A DNA stretch of 64,000 nt from Eledone cirrhosa (lineage: Eukaryota), in NCBI GenBank assembly GCA_964016885.1, contig OZ024743.1, positions 305,474,001 through 305,538,000 of the forward strand, given 5' to 3'. A program made the position numbers and the translations under genes. Positions within the stretch are counted from its first letter, which is position 1; the number at the start of each line of letters is the position of its first letter. Below the pieces are notes generated by a model. The model made no database searches and had not been told where the DNA came from. It worked only from the letters and a program-made list of their open reading frames with translations. Below, piece by piece: positions 1-12,751 of this stretch.

Positions 1-325
1 TGGTGCCGGACATGAACTCTGTTATGCAAATTTCAGTGGGAAATCATCTGAGATCCTCCTTACCTTTCTGGTCAAGCTCTATCTGACTTTCTTTCATTTC
101 CAAGCCTGAAAAAAGTCATTGAAAGGTACCCATTTTCCATCAGTTGAAGATGTAAAAAAAGCTGCTTTGACATGGTTTAAATCGCATTGCCATCAGTTTT
201 ACACAGATAGACTTAAAGGTTGGTATCAATGCTTGCAGAAGTGTATTGACTTAGATGGAGCATATGATGAAAAATCGTTTTTTCCAGTTGTCCTTTTTCT
301 CCAAACTTTTTGAAGCACCCTCGTA
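1..325 (+). mobile_element. mariner-family DNA transposon, 3' end (transposase C-terminus relic + TIR)
   Basis: ORF 119..313 KGTHFPSVEDVKKAALTWFKS...LQKCIDLDGAY resembles the mariner C-terminus; it is followed by a TIR-like caaactttttgaagcaccctcg and TA at 324-325. Confidence 0.75.
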
Positions 326-1140
326 CACTGTCTATCCACGGCTTAACAACTGTTTCCAAGACCTCAATGTAAACAGCAGAATTAACTCTAATGACCTGTA
401 GAAAGAATTGAGGAGGCATCACGTGTCCTTTATTGCTGACAATCCCCACCCCCAAAGAAACCATGACAGTTTCAGGAAAATTTGTGTGCATAACTGTGAT
501 GGAACTCCAGAAGGGTCTGTACATAACCATCTGCAATTTCTTTTGTTAAATTTCTGATGTTGGTCAAAGTTTTTCTCGTCTGAGAAAAACCAAATCACAT
601 CATTTTCTGCTGGATTTTTAAGTTTGTTTAAGATCCTTTTAGATCTGATTAAGCAATTTTCTTTTGTTTTTTTCTGACATAAATTGACCTTTCCTCATTA
701 CATAAGACTTATATCTGATGTCATGGACAACATTTCTAATTGTTACTTCTGACACATGGAAATCTTTTGCAAGTGACCTCATGGATTTTTGGGGATTGTC
801 ATCAATGGTCTACTGAACATGCTGGATAAATTCAGGTATTCTGATGATGTCAGGGCATTAGGAATGCTTTTTAAGCACTGATACTGCTGATATGTTTCCA
901 TTTTCACTCTCAACCTCCCTATGGACTTTGAAGACGACAGATCTGACAACTTTAAAAAAATCGATATGTCTCTAAATCACTATGCTAAGCTTTAAAGCCA
1001 CAATTACAGTGTGCCTTTTCATTTCTTGAGTAAGCTGAGTGTCTGCCATTATTGTTTTCTGAAAAAAAGATATAAAGTTTAATAAAATACAGCAAAAACC
1101 GAAAAAATATATGTCCTCAAATACCTTATGTACCCTGTAT
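326..1140 (-). mobile_element. Tc1-like transposon, 5' portion, degenerate; interrupted by the mariner element
   Basis: Minus-strand translation gives FSDEK and VMV..G...GHVMPP.FF...VNSAVYIEVLETVVKPWI (DDE region); terminus TA-CAGGGT at ~1140. Confidence 0.7.
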
Positions 1141-1171
1141 ATACATATATACATATATATACATATATAAA

Positions 1172-2430
1172 CATCATCATCATCACCGTTTAACATCCAT
1201 TTTCAATGCTAGAATGGGTTAGACAGATCATCCCATTTTAAGGTAAGTTGGGTCAGGTACCCATGTTTTACTCATATAGGACTGTTTCTTGCTAGGTTTC
1301 TATGACTGGATGCCCTTCCTAATGCCAACCATATTTACAGTGTATGCTGTGTGCTTTTTGCCTTGACTTCTACACAACTACTATATAGTGTGGATTGGAT
1401 ACTTTTTGGCGTGACACCTACACGACCACTTTACAGTGTGGGCTGGGTGCTTTATGTTGTGACATCTACATCACCACTTTACAGTGTGGGCTGGATATAT
1501 TTTGTTCACAGAGGAAGGGTGATGTGGACAGGAGTGGGAGGGTGAGGGTATAGTGGTTAAGAGGTGCCTACTAAGTGGATGTTTGAGTCTGTGTGCATGG
1601 GATGGTGTGACTTCTCTATTACTGCATAATATAAAAGATCTCAATTCTGTGTCATTATTGTCTTTGAGAGGTTCAGTTGCACAAGGACAGCTTTTATCTC
1701 CTCGTCCAGGTCTTCCTGTGTCTTCCTACTCCAAGGTTTCCTTCAATTTTGATTGGCTTGCACCATTTTATACAGCTGTCATCCTTCATAAGCATCACAT
1801 GAGCATACAAATGAAATCTCCTCTCTATCTCTTGCATACTGCATATGATCCCACTTATACATAATTTCTCTCTCAGTTCATTTATGCTTTGCCATAATTA
1901 CACATCTATTGGAGCCTGCACGCTTCATTTGTTTCCAATCTTCACAGGTTGTCTGCATAGTGCCCATGTCTCACTACCATGTAACATTGCTGTTTATATA
2001 CATGCATTGTACAATCTGCCCTACATACTAGAACTTTAGTCTTTGACAAGTTAACTTTAAGACCTTTTTATTCTAGGCCATGCTTCCAGGTTTCAAATTT
2101 CTTCTCTAATCCTGACATAGATTCAGCTATGAAAGTTAGATCATCTGCATACAGACGTTTCCATGGGCAAGCAGTTTTAAAATGTTCTTTTATAGCCAGT
2201 AGGGCAATAATATACAGGTGAGGGCTAAGAACAGAGCCCTGAGGAACACCTACCTACACACCAAATGCTTCACTCTAGTCATTCTTAATTCCAATATTGC
2301 TGACTATTCCTTTATACATTGCTTGTATAGCTTTCACAAGCCACTCATCTACTCCTAGTTTACTTAAAGCCCATCAGATAATGGAATGGTGGACTCTGTC
2401 AAAGGCTTTCTCCAAGTCAACAAAAGCTAA
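1172..2430 (-). mobile_element. RTE-clade LINE 3' fragment with (CAT)n tail
   Basis: catcatcatcaccgtttaacatccat tail; degenerate RT motifs on the minus strand (FVDLEKAFDRV, GVPQGSVLSP, YADD). Confidence 0.7.
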
Positions 2431-2439
2431 GTAGTTATA

Positions 2440-2940
2440 TATATATCAAATACCATGCCCCCATTGTGGACTTCCAAAGAACAGACTGTGGATTTGTTGT
2501 CACACCTTGCCTCCACAACGTGGGCACATTGAACTGCTTTCGCCCCCTCATTTCTAAGTTCACAAGTGTTAACTCTGACAACACAGCCTTTGTGCTTAGC
2601 ATCGAAGAATTGGTCCAGGGCCAATCTCACCGCAAGCTCATTGGCTGTGATGCTTTTAGTAAGTGCCTCTTCTAGCTTTCTAACTAGATCTTCTACTCTA
2701 GTTTTCTCTCTTTTTACAGCCTTACTAAACCTTATTGTTTATGCTGTAATAGCTGTCTTTAGGGTGAACCACAACTTGTTATTGATAACTGTTCCCATCA
2801 ACGCTTGCTTAACCAATTTACTAATCCAATCTTTGTAGTCTTTGCACACTGGGAATGACACATTTAGCTTCTAGTAACAAGGTCCCTGTTTATGAAGCCT
2901 ATCTAGATTGCCCATACAGATCACAAATTTATGGTCTATG
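2440..2940 (-). mobile_element. L1/Tx1-like ORF2 linker fragment
   Basis: Minus-strand peptide LWFTLK...LRLALDQFFDAKHKGCVVR resembles the endonuclease-RT linker of Tx1-like LINEs. Confidence 0.4.
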
Positions 2941-3530
2941 TAGTCGACTACTTTGAATTGTGGACAACTTATACTAGTCTCATCTATTTCTCTACAGGAT
3001 ACCCGATCTAAGTACGATCAGGATGACCCAATGCAGTTTATCTGTGTTCCCATTGGCACATTCAGGAAATCTAGTCGGTGCTTGTCAGACAGTTGGAATC
3101 GTCTGATTAATGTAGCAAGCCTTTTGCACTCTCCTCCCCTATCTGTTACACCCACACAGTACCAGCATGCATCCAAGATACCACTCCAGTCAACCATTAA
3201 TACTAAAGAGTGGGATGTTCCTAGAAAGGTCTCAAGGTGTCTGAAGAAATGAGGCCAACCTGTCCCTGTTGGGTCAATACGTTCCATATTTGACATGGTT
3301 TCTATAACTGAAGGCCTTTCCTAATGCCAACCACATTACAGGGTATGTTGGGTGCATTTTATCATAGTAACAGTACTACTACTTAGCAGAGTACCAGTGA
3401 ATGAGGTATAAGGAATGATGATGATGATGTACTAGGAATGATGATGATTATAATGGCTATTATATATATATTGTTTATAATGATGAGGATTATTAAGATG
3501 ATAATATATATATATTTTTTCTCTTATTAG

Positions 3531-3769
3531 TTATTACAAGCCAAATGTAATTTCTGTAAAAGTTGGATCCATTCAGAAATATGACGGAATACAATATGAA
3601 GTGGATAGCTGGCAGATGTATAATACACAAAGTTATAACGATATTGCAATTATGTTTGTGCAAAAAGAAATTATGATGTCAAATTCTGTACAACCAGCAT
3701 GTCTTCCAGAACAATCTGTACCAAAAGACAAAGATTGTTTTGTAACTGGTTGGGGTCGGGATGAAACGG
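3531..3769 (+). CDS. S1 (chymotrypsin-fold) serine protease, internal exon containing catalytic Asp102
   Basis: Acceptor ttttctcttattag|; encodes YYKPNVISVKVGS...YNDIAIM...VQPACLP...CFVTGWGRDETG; donor |gtaaga at 3770 (phase 1). Confidence 0.92.
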
Positions 3770-3816
3770 GTAAGAGAATATATAATTTCTATTTCAAATA
3801 TGCTGTTTTATTGTGT

Positions 3817-3818
<2 letters not shown>

Positions 3819-3876
<58 letters not shown>
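3819..3876. repeat. (TA)n microsatellite
   Basis: Pure TA run. Confidence 0.95.
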
Positions 3877-3880
<4 letters not shown>

Positions 3881-5205
3881 TTAAAACAATGTAATTAAAC
3901 ACAAAACTGTTAATTCATAGTAAAACACATTATTTTACGATCGTTTCTGGGGGGTAGTTCCCTGTATGTTCATTCAATTATTGATCTATGTAAAACATAT
4001 TACATAATATCATAGTAAGAAAAAGATACATACGTCTTCACTACCCTCAGTCTTCAGAAATAATAAGTTTTGTTTATTGAAGAATACAAAAAAACATACA
4101 TATGAATAGGTAAGTTTTTATAACCAGCTTGAAATTGACCTATGTTAAGAATGGAAAGGGACAGTACAAATCCTGAAGGTAGGTGGCAGTAGATGAATAA
4201 ATTGGCCATCAGTGGATAAGGTATCAAATGTCTTTTAAGAAAAGAAATGAAAGTTGTTAGTGTAAATGAATTTAGGCATATTGTATATAAAAGTGTTGAT
4301 GGTCAAAGAAGATTATGGTTGGAGGAGAAGGGGTACTGAGATTAGTGTGTTACATCAAGTAGAATGGAATAGAACAATCTTAAAAAGTTAGTTATTTCTT
4401 TGTTGTGAGGAATAATTTGTTCTAAAAATCTATAATATTAAAAAAATATATATACATGTATAGTCACACATGTTTATATATAGGCATACATTTATGCATA
4501 TACATACATATAAACACACAGATATACATATTCACACACGCACCTATACTCACACATTTATTCACCTATATCTTTTTATATATTTGTTTAGTTGTATTTA
4601 TAATATTTGAATGTCCTTCTAATTTTATGGTTACATACTAAAATTAATTCTTGTCTTTTATTTAATAGAGTGTCCTTCGATTTAGTAATTTCAAAAATTT
4701 ATTGGGAACATAGTCCGCACTCCCTTCTATTGCCCTGATAAGAAATAGTTCTGTTAAGAATCTTCCAAGTTAGGTTATATTTAATATTCTTCTTTTTACA
4801 ATTATTAACTGCTTCTGCTAAAGAAGTGGTATTTGCTAATTTTGTGTTTCGGAAACTGTAAATCGAGATTTTATACACACACCCACAGTTTCTAGTGAAG
4901 ACGCATGTATCTTTTTCTTACTATGATATTTTGTAATATGTTTTACATAGATCTATAATTGAATGAACATACAGGGAACTACCCCCCAGAAACGATCGTA
5001 AAATAATGTGTTTTACTATGAATTAACAGTTTTGTGTTTAATTTCATTGTTTTAATATTTCTATTTTGACTCTGTATCCAATTGAATTATATCGTTGATA
5101 AACATTTTTGTATTTTAAACTTTGCTTCACGACATCTTCTATATACGGATTACATTGAGTTCTTTATACGGTTTAGACCCTACCATTGAGTGGTAGATTT
5201 ATCTG
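3877..5205. mobile_element. Penelope-like element remnant with inverted terminal segments
   Basis: 3877-4043 is the reverse complement of 4893-5059 (~165 bp); contains the hammerhead-type GAAAC-GATC-GTA motif; abuts TA microsatellites. Confidence 0.55.
3925..4068 (-). ncRNA. putative type I hammerhead ribozyme (degenerate, long stem II)
   Basis: Minus strand: ttattt-CTGAAGA-ctgagggtag...ctacccccca-GAAAC-GATC-GTA-aaataa. Confidence 0.5.
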
Positions 5206-5227
5206 TATATATATACCCACGCACACA

Positions 5228-5640
5228 TCATCATCATCATCATCATCAACGTTTAACGTCCGTGTTCCACGCTTGCATGGGTTTGGATGGGGGTTTTCCC
5301 ACTTGAGGCAAGAGTGATTGTCTTGCTCGCATAGGACTGTCTGGCGGGTTTTCTACAGCTGGATGCCCTTCCTAACACCAACCACATTTACAGTGTGGGG
5401 CTGGGAGGTTTTTACCGTGTTGCCTACACGGCCACATTACAGCGTGGACTGTGTGTATTTTTGTCGTGACACCTACACGATCTCATTTGTTTCGGCCTAG
5501 ATGTTGTGGCACCAACATAACTTTACATTGAAAGGGGCGGTGTGGATGGGGTGGGGGTGGTGGGACGGGGGTGTATTTTGTTAGAGATGCCTACTGACTG
5601 TAGTAGGTTTTACTTTGTATTTAGGTAAGGCGGGTCTTCT
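5228..5640 (-). mobile_element. non-autonomous RTE-related repeat with (CAT)n end (related copies at 17529-17900, 19560-19965, 26830-27060, 28070-28380)
   Basis: Shared motifs catcatcat..tttaacgtcc and ggatgcccttcctaa..ccaaccac..tttacagtgtgg. Confidence 0.7.
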
Positions 5641-8600
5641 CTCTATATATATATATATGTGCACTTGTGTTAAAAATGTTTACAAATAAGGGTTGTGTAT
5701 GCATTACACCAATTAATGAATGAGGAGGAAATTTGATTTAAGCACTTAACTTTGTGTCTAGTCTTCCATATATAATTTGTAAGTCGATGTTGTAATATAT
5801 ATACGATAATGATAATTGCGAAGGTCAGATGTAGATATTCATAATTCTTTATTCATAATCAGCCATCATACATATTTCATAGTTACATGATGCTGGAATC
5901 ATGCAACTACCAAATATATATATATTTTTATATAACTTCATATATTTTAATCTATGACTTTTATTTATATTTTAATTAGCTTTTTTCATCTTTTTAGATA
6001 TCAACTTTTATATCTTTTAAGCTCTTTTTTTAATATGCATATATTGTATGTTTGTGCTTGTGTGTGTGGGTTTGAGTGTGTGTGTGTATATAAAAGTGAA
6101 AAACATATATGTAATAGATGGATGCATGGTTGTGTGTGTGTGTGTGTGTGTGTGTAATTAAAATACCAGTTCGGTGTCTGGCACGCAATAGCTCCCCTCA
6201 TGAGATGGTAAACTGTGAAAAGAAAGCCTGAGGTCTGCTGTTCATTTCACCAGCTGAAACTATTAGTAAACTAAAAAGTGTGAATGGTTCCACACATGGC
6301 ATTACCACTATAATCAAGTCACTGTGTGGGTTGTCCAGGTGATTTACTTACTCCACTTTTTATCAAGATCATCCTGAAAAGCACCTTCTTATATCTATAT
6401 ATTTGTCTGTGTGTGTGTGTGTATAAAAGTCCAGGGGTGATGGGGCAACAGTGGTGGAGACAGGTAGACGATACCACTGGTAGTCCTTAGTTCGTGTTCT
6501 GCACAGTTGGTAACAAAGCAGGTGAGGGCTGTTTAACACAAATCCTATGGGCACTTGAGCTGCTTGTGTCTTTTGTGGATGACACAGCAGGTCTGTTTAG
6601 ACACTGCTTTCCCTTAATTGGAAAGAGGTGAAAAAAGGAGCCCCCCAAAAATCACATGTCTATAAAAATTGTCATTATACTGTGATTGACTGCTTATACA
6701 TTATGCAGTCAAAACAAATAAAGACAAAGACATAATAATCCCATCAAATTTTGGTACTTGGAATGTCCGAAGCCTTCAGGATAGCACAGAATCATTAGAA
6801 AGGAAAAGGAAGTCAGGACCAAGTAAACAGATACTATTGCATCCAAATTTACAGAACTCCCTGAGAAAACTGAGGATGCTGAGACAGAGTGGAGATTGTT
6901 CAGTGCAGCAGTTTCTGCTTCATCTGTTAAATACTGGTGTGGCAACAGATGGCAAGAGGACCCTTGGTTCAAACAAAAGGTAAAAAAATGCCATCCCAGC
7001 AAAGAAGGAGGCTTACAAAGCTTGGTTTGGAAATAAGTCCTCTTTCTTGCACTCATGGTACAAGCATGCACAAAAAAGCACAGCATAGACACTAAAGGCA
7101 TCCAAAGTTAACACATAGGAGGACTTTGGGGTTAAGCTGGAATCCAACGTCAATGATATACAGAAGGTGACTAATCTCTCAGAGGCTGAGGTCACAAGAG
7201 CATTTAAAGAGCTCAAATGTGGCAAGGCCACTGGGGAAGAGGAAATCTGGCCCAAGATGTTAAAAGCCTTAAATTGAGAATGTGTTCTCTGGCTGACTCG
7301 TGTGTGTCAGGCGGCCTGGTTCTCCAGAATGGCACCTAAGCAATGGCAGTTCTTGTGTCAAAGATATTAAATAAGTACAACAAAGATATAGCAGTATTAA
7401 GCAAAACTCAACTTCCTGATTATGGACAGCTTGAGGAGAAAGGAGAGGGTTATACATTCTTCTGGTCAGGGAAAAATGACAATGCAATATGATCTTCAGG
7501 TGATGGTTATTTTGCTATTAGAACTAAGATGCCAAATACAAAGAATCAAAAATTACAAACATTTACGAAAAATTATCTTTCATTGTCAGAACTCTAGGTT
7601 ATCATGATAAATTTCTGATACTCGGTGGCTTCAATGCCAGAATTGGGTCAGCTCATGAGTCCTGGGAAAATGTTCTTTGAAAATATGAATTGCTATGGAC
7701 TTTGCTTTCTCTCTTTTTACAATGAACTTAGCCTCCTTATCACCAAAACTATGTTTCAACAACTTAACAGTTTTAAAAAGCAGTTTGACGCATCCAAGGT
7801 CAAAAGAATGGCATTTGATTGATTACATTTCAACAAAAAGGTGTCATCAATGTAACATTCATCATACTTACATCTTCAATAGCACATTTTGCTTATCTGA
7901 TTGCATTGTTAGGTATCATTTCAACTTCAGGTTAAGCATCAAAGACACAATGCAACATGTTCAGTAACTTGATGCTGAAAGAAAAGCTAGGTTTTCTCAA
8001 TTGCTCAACAAGCAGCTTGAACATGTTGAAATTTCAGAAAATATTGAAGAATTATACAAACATTCTCACATATTCTGCTTTGCTTGAAGCTCTTGCTCTG
8101 CATCAAGAAGTTAAGATTAGTTCAATGAAAATAATACAGATATACTGTCACTAATGGAAAAAATGAACTCGTCTCATAAAGTATGAATTGGCAACAATAA
8201 ATCTTCAGTAAAAAAGAAATACTTGGACTGTAAACAAACTGTTCAACAGACTTTGAGAGAAATGAAAGACAAATGGTGGTTACTAAAAGCAGCCCAGTTT
8301 CAAACTGCTGTTGAGCGAAAGGATGTATAAAAGCCTTCTATGAAGACATAAAAGAGGTTTATGGACCTCAGCAATGTGAGTCCTTACCAATATTAGCATC
8401 ATATAAAAATTATATACTTACTCACTGAAAAGAACACTTTGAAGCAGCTTTAAATTTCCCATCTATTGTGGATCATGATGACATTGACTCAATTCTTTTA
8501 AGCTATAAAATGAATGGTATCATGCAAATCGGCTGATGATGATGCAATACCAGCTGAGCTGTACAAATATGGAAGTAATGTAATTGTGCATAAACTTTTG

Positions 8601-9028
8601 GATTTGTTCATTTTGATTTGGAAGAATGGTCAAGTTCCTTGGGAATTTAATCTATCACCTATCATTTTAAATGAAAAAGAAAATAGAACTGTGTGACAAC
8701 CATCAGGGTATATTACTGCTTTCTGTAGTGGTCAAGATCATTGCTTGAGTTGTTCTCAACAATAATAACTCACCTGGTAGATCATGTTTCTCCTGAATCC
8801 CAGTCTGGCTTCAAGGCTGGGTGAGGAACTACAGAAAGGCTGCAAAAAAAGTACTGGAGAAGAACAGTGACATGTTCATGGACTTTGTTGACATAACAAA
8901 GGCTTTTGACCATTAATCATGATGCTTTGTGGTCAGTGCTAAAGAAGGTTGGGATTTCCAATAAAAGGATTAGCATTATAACAACTTTCAATGAAAGCAT
9001 ACACGTTTCTCTTAAGTCAGATGGTGCT

Positions 9029-10740
9029 TCATCATCATCATCATCATCATCATTTTACGTCCGCTTTTACCTGCTTGGGTTTCAGCGATCTGAGGTCTGC
9101 TCTCACCACCTCTGCCTATGTTTCATGGTCTACCTCTACTGCATCTTCCTTCTACTGGGATTTCTTGGCACTTCTTTACCCAGCGGTCATCCTCCATGCA
9201 CATCACATGTCCATACCATCACGGCCTTCTCTCCTGCACACCACAACTTATCCCTCTTATAACCAGTTTCTTTCTCAACTCGTCTATGCTTGGTCATTCA
9301 TGCACGTTGGCATTGCACATCCAACGGAGCATGCTTGCCTCATTTCTCTCCAGTCGTCACATATCCTCTGCAGTTGCTGCCCATGTATCACTACCATGCA
9401 GCATCGCGCATCTCACACATGCATCATATAACCGTCCTTTCGTACACAGGGAGAAACCCTTCTTTGTCAACAGAGGAAGCAGCTCCATAAACTTCTTCCA
9501 ACCCATCCTTATTCTAGATACTATGACCTCGGAACACCACCCTCCCATGCTAATCTGATCACCTAGGTACCGGAAGCTATCAACCACTTCTATAGAACCC
9601 ACTTGCATTGGAAAAATGTGTCTATCACTGCGATTACTACTGCCAACATTCCCTGTACATCTACTGCATACGTTGTTTTCCCTACCTGTTAGTTTGCCTG
9701 ATATCCCACTACATCTCTTGTGTACCCAAGATCTGCATTGCGTACATTTTGTGGAATTTATGCCAGTTCCTTTCCTACATATCGAACATGGCCATTTGCT
9801 CGATGGAATCAGAGTATTGTCCTCTTTTCTACTTATCAACACTTTTATTTTAGCTATGTTCACTCTCAGGCCTCTTGATTCCAACTGCTGTTTCCATATC
9901 CAGAATTTATTCTCTAGCTCCTCTACTGATTCTGCTATAAGAACCAGATCATCAGCATAGAGAAGTTTCCATGGGCAGCCAGTCTTAAACTCCTCTGTTA
10001 TGGCTTGGAGGACTATAATGAACAAGAGCAGGCTGAGGACCGAACCCTGATGTACACCTACTCGTATCTGGAATTCCTCACTAAACTCCATTCCTATTCT
10101 CACTTTACTGACAGCATCCCTGTACATACCTTGCACTGTCCTCACAAGCCATTCTTCTATACCTTGATCCTTAGGGACCACCAGATGACAGATCGGGGTA
10201 CCCTATCAAAGGCTTTCTCTAGGTCAACAAAAGCTAAGTATAGTGGCTTATTATTCTCTAAGAACCTCTCTTGTAGTTGCCTCACTAAGAAGATGGCATC
10301 TGTTGTACTTTTCCGAGGCACAAAACCAAACTGCATCTCATCTAATTTGACCCTTTCTGTAATCAGGTGCACTAATATTCTCTTTGCCACTTTCAAAAAC
10401 TGATCCATCAGCTTTATGCCCCTATAATTGCTCCTCTCTAGAGCATCCCCCTTACCTTTATAGCAATTTATGAGAATAGTGCTGCACCAATTTCTCTCTG
10501 TCCCATTCATTCTCTACATTCATCAGTCTCTCATAATGACATTTCCAGGCCTTCTTTTTTTGATCATTCATGACACTAAGTAAACCGGCATCATTCCGGG
10601 CACATTTATCTCCAACAACAACCTGATTTGCTCTCACACACTGCCTTGCAATGTGGAACACTGCATGTCTCTGATCTTCCTGTCGCAGAACATTCGTAAA
10701 CCTCCTACTCATCATATCCTTTTCTTTTAAAAGTTTGTAC
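9029..10740 (-). mobile_element. 5'-truncated RTE-clade LINE with (CAT)n tail and an intra-RT Cys/His finger
   Basis: ORFs 10157..10510 (NYRGIKL, QFGF, FVDLEKAFDRVPR) and 9357..10181 (GVHQGSVLS, LYADD, FRYLGD). Confidence 0.88.
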
Positions 10741-11589
10741 AAAGCAGGGATGCGTAATGGCCGCTGTTTTATTTGCTATTTGCTTTTCTCTGACACTAGT
10801 ACATGCAGTGAACGACTATAATGATGGTGTTTTGTTTGAATTTAGATCAGCAGGTAGGCTGTTCAATCATCTAAACATACTAGAACAAAAATGCTTTTAG
10901 ACTTCTTGTTTGCAGATGCTGCTGCTCTAGTAGCTAATTCTTTCTGGGAAGCACAAGAAGTCATAAGCTGGTTTTACACTGCAGCAAAAGTATTTGACCT
11001 AACAAGAAATGTGAAAATGACAGAAATTGTGGACAACACACCTCTAAAGTATGTGGAGTCCTTCCTATACTTAGGAAAATTAATTCTAGTGATTCTCTAG
11101 ATCAAAGGTTCTCAACGGGGACGTTTCGGAACTTCAGGGGGGGGGGGGGGGGCGTTTGGGAGCAAGGGGGCGTTAGGTGGAGGCGTTTGGAGCTTTGGGG
11201 GAGCACTGGAAGGCTCTTTACTTTGGTAAGTTTTATAAGCCATATTTGTATGTCTTTGAGACAGACAGTGTGAATGCATTTGAATGAGCATGCAGACAGC
11301 ATAACTATCGTCTGACCGCAGCTGTGAGCAGGTGTGCAGGCGTGTCTAGATATAACCACCAATTGAGATCCTAACAATGGAAAACCCACAGTCAACTGGG
11401 TCAAGGACACTTTGAGTGCAGCCAGTTAGAATCTTGTCTTTCCTTCACTAATAACAATGTATTTCATGTATGAAATTATTGACTCAACCGTAATGAGTTA
11501 ACACTATGTAGATATATTTCATTCCTTAGTGTATAAATAATATTACAAATAATAACAAACAAAAAAAAACACAGAAGCGGGTAGCACAC

Positions 11590-11855
11590 ACATCTAGGTG
11601 CACATACCACACATAATCAGATAATACACACATCTAGGACCACATACAACACATAAGCAGGTAATACACGCATCTAGGACAACATACAACACATAAACAG
11701 GTAATACATACATCTAGGACCACATACAACACACAGGCAGGTAATACATACATTTAGGACCACATACAACACATAATCAGGTAATACATACATCTAGGAC
11801 CACATACAACGCATAAGGAGGTAATACATACATCTAAGACCAAATACAACATACA
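11590..11855. repeat. 39-bp minisatellite (~7 copies) inside the hAT element
   Basis: Unit catctaggaccacatacaacacataa(g/t)caggtaataca(c/t)a. Confidence 0.9.
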
Positions 11856-12751
11856 TTGTATCATGTGCTACGGACGACGCAAGAGCAATGGTCGGCCAAC
11901 ATAAGGGTTTCATCACTCTTCTGAAGAAAGAAAATCTATATCATTGTGTCATTCATCAACAACACTTGGCTGTGAAGAAACTCAGCAAGCCGCTGAATGA
12001 GTCCTTGCAGGTGGCCATTGATGTCATCAATTTCATCAAATGGCATTCCCTGAATGAACGAAATTTCCAGCAACTGTGCCAAGATAATGACGAAGAATTC
12101 GTCAAGTTGTTCCTTCATAATGAAGTGAGGTGGCTTTCATAGGGCAAGTGCCTTACTCACTTCTTTGAACTGTTCGACTCTATCATTGAGTTTCTGTGAG
12201 GACGCAACACAGAACTGTACAAGAAAACTCTCGATGTGAGGCAAAACTGCGCCTACCTCACCAACATCATCGACAAATGCAATAGCGTCATTTTGGCTTT
12301 GCGGGGGAAGAAGATCACCTTGCTTAAACCAAGGAATGCTGTGAAAAGATTCCTTGCCAAATTAAATGTCATCGAAAGGAATCTTTGTTGGAGGGAATTC
12401 TATAATTTTCCTAGTGTCGCCAAAATTCAAAACATTGTACGCGATGACCAACTCCAAATTTATGCTGCTCACCTCCGTGCGCTACAAGACATGAGAGAAT
12501 GGTTTGTCGACCTTTTGCCAATGGACATCCCAATGTGGGTAGCAGACCCCTTCATAGCTAACGTCGATGATTTGGACGTTATATTTCAGGAAGAATTCAT
12601 TGAACTTCAAGCAGATGACATAATCAAAATTAGATTTCCCAAAATAGGGGAACCCCTTTTTTTGATGCAAGAGGAAATTCAGCGTCGATTTCCACACCTA
12701 CATGCGGAGACTAAGAGATTTGCTCTGCCTTTTCCAAGCTCATACTTAGTC

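Noticed and set aside
11590-11855. CRISPR-like array
   Set aside because: Contiguous 39-bp tandem units with no unique spacers, inside a eukaryotic hAT element; no cas genes
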